Origin: an uncultured delta proteobacterium
GTDB taxonomy: Bacteria > Desulfobacterota > Desulfobacteria > Desulfobacterales > JAFDCJ01
Reading direction: 5' to 3'
DNA: 64,000 bases
Assembly: GCA_963769935.1 (NCBI GenBank)
Contig: CAVYNY010000017.1
Coordinates: 1-64,000 of the forward strand
The stretch's first letter is position 1. Every line of letters begins with the position of its first letter. Positions 63,189 to 64,000 of this stretch are shown piece by piece. A program made the position numbers and the translations under genes. The notes beneath the pieces are model-generated. The model was not told the DNA's origin, did no database searches, and saw only the letters and a list, made by a program, of their open reading frames with translations.

Positions 63189-64000
63189 ATGCCTTACCAA
63201 AGCGGTCGTCATTTCCTGCAGATCCCCGGCCCCACCAACGTTCCCGATCGGATCCTGCGGGCCATGGGCAAACCGACCATCGACCACCGCGGTCCGGAAT
63301 TCGCTCAGCTGGCGTTGGATCTGTCGGCGGGTCTGCAGCGGATCTTTCAAACCACCGGTCCGGTAATTGTGTATCCATCCTCGGGAACCGGCGCCTGGGA
63401 AGCGGCCATCGTCAATACGCTTTCGTCCGGCGACAAGGTCCTCATGTTTGAAACCGGCCATTTCGCTACGCTCTGGCGCAACATGGCTGCAAGCTTCGGG
63501 CTGGAGGTTGATTTTGTGCCGACCAACTGGAGACACGGGGTGGACCCTGCGATAGTCGAGCAAAAACTGGTCGAAGACCGGAATCATGAGATAAAATCGG
63601 TGATGGTGGTTCACAACGAAACTTCCACCGGAGTTACCAGCCGGATTCCGCTTATTCGAAAGGCCATCGACCGCGCCCAACATCCGGCCCTGTTGATGGT
63701 CGACACCATTTCATCGCTGGCCTCGATTGACTACCGGCATGAAGCGTGGGGGGTGGATGTCACCGTGGGCTGTTCCCAAAAGGGTCTTATGCTGCCTCCG
63801 GGGCTGGGTTTGAATGCCGTCAGCCAAAAGGCCCTGGCCGCGGGGCAATCGGCGAAGCTGCCGAAGTCTTTCTGGGATTGGAATGCCATGCTGGGGGCCA
63901 ACCAACAGGGCTTCTTCCCCTATACCCCGGCCACCAATTTGCTTTACGGCCTGCGGGAAGCCATTAGCATGCTGGAAGAAGAGGGGCTGTCGAACGTTTT
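63189..64000 (+). CDS. Serine-glyoxylate aminotransferase-like class V aminotransferase, partial (runs off the window)
   Basis: Read manually because the ORF track omits it: MPYQSGRHFLQIPGPTNVPDRILRAM...SSGTGAWEAA...VHNETSTG...VDTISSL...CSQKGLMLPPG; GGAG RBS. Confidence 0.92.
   Translation, partial: MPYQSGRHFLQIPGPTNVPDRILRAMGKPTIDHRGPEFAQLALDLSAGLQRIFQTTGPVIVYPSSGTGAWEAAIVNTLSSGDKVLMFETGHFATLWRNMAASFGLEVDFVPTNWRHGVDPAIVEQKLVEDRNHEIKSVMVVHNETSTGVTSRIPLIRKAIDRAQHPALLMVDTISSLASIDYRHEAWGVDVTVGCSQKGLMLPPGLGLNAVSQKALAAGQSAKLPKSFWDWNAMLGANQQGFFPYTPATNLLYGLREAISMLEEEGLSNV

Noticed and set aside
63051..63683. 210-aa minus-strand ORF and the many other antisense or alternate-frame ORFs in the track
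   Set aside because: Shadow ORFs of well-supported genes (here the aminotransferase), with no recognisable motifs.

Overview
64 kb of chromosomal DNA, roughly mid-GC, from an anaerobic deltaproteobacterium. The gene content (sigma-54 activator, TRAP transporter, CooF/CooS-like proteins, orphan receiver proteins, selenoprotein) suggests Desulfobacterales; this is an inference. In order, the window holds: the 3' end of a glycerol ABC-transporter binding protein; a sigma-54 activator; a TetR-MFP-RND efflux operon; a secreted metacaspase converging on a sigma-54-driven MCP/DUF4384/CHASE2-cyclase operon; a metallophosphoesterase + ParB/Srx-Lrp pair; glpK/glpA/glpB/glpR; a carbamoyltransferase and a GSCFA protein; a PP2C phosphatase; a membrane-modification cluster (ICMT-type methyltransferase, porin, three unrelated phosphatases, ArnT-like transferase, two-component system); a periplasmic redox cluster with a DsbA-like selenoprotein (UxxC); motAB; MlaC + MMPL; glyA; a TRAP transporter; a GntR-led Fe-S operon ending in a CO-dehydrogenase homologue that lacks nearly all C-cluster ligands; and the start of a serine-glyoxylate aminotransferase. 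About eight single-base frameshifts, mostly in short homopolymers, look like long-read errors. No rRNA, tRNA, CRISPR array or transposase was seen. Several short palindromic or MITE-like repeats occur in intergenic DNA. Best novel candidates: the catalytically degenerate CODH operon, the ParB/Srx-Lrp + phosphoesterase pair, the Cya2-like predicted guanylyl cyclase module, and the UGA-containing proteins.
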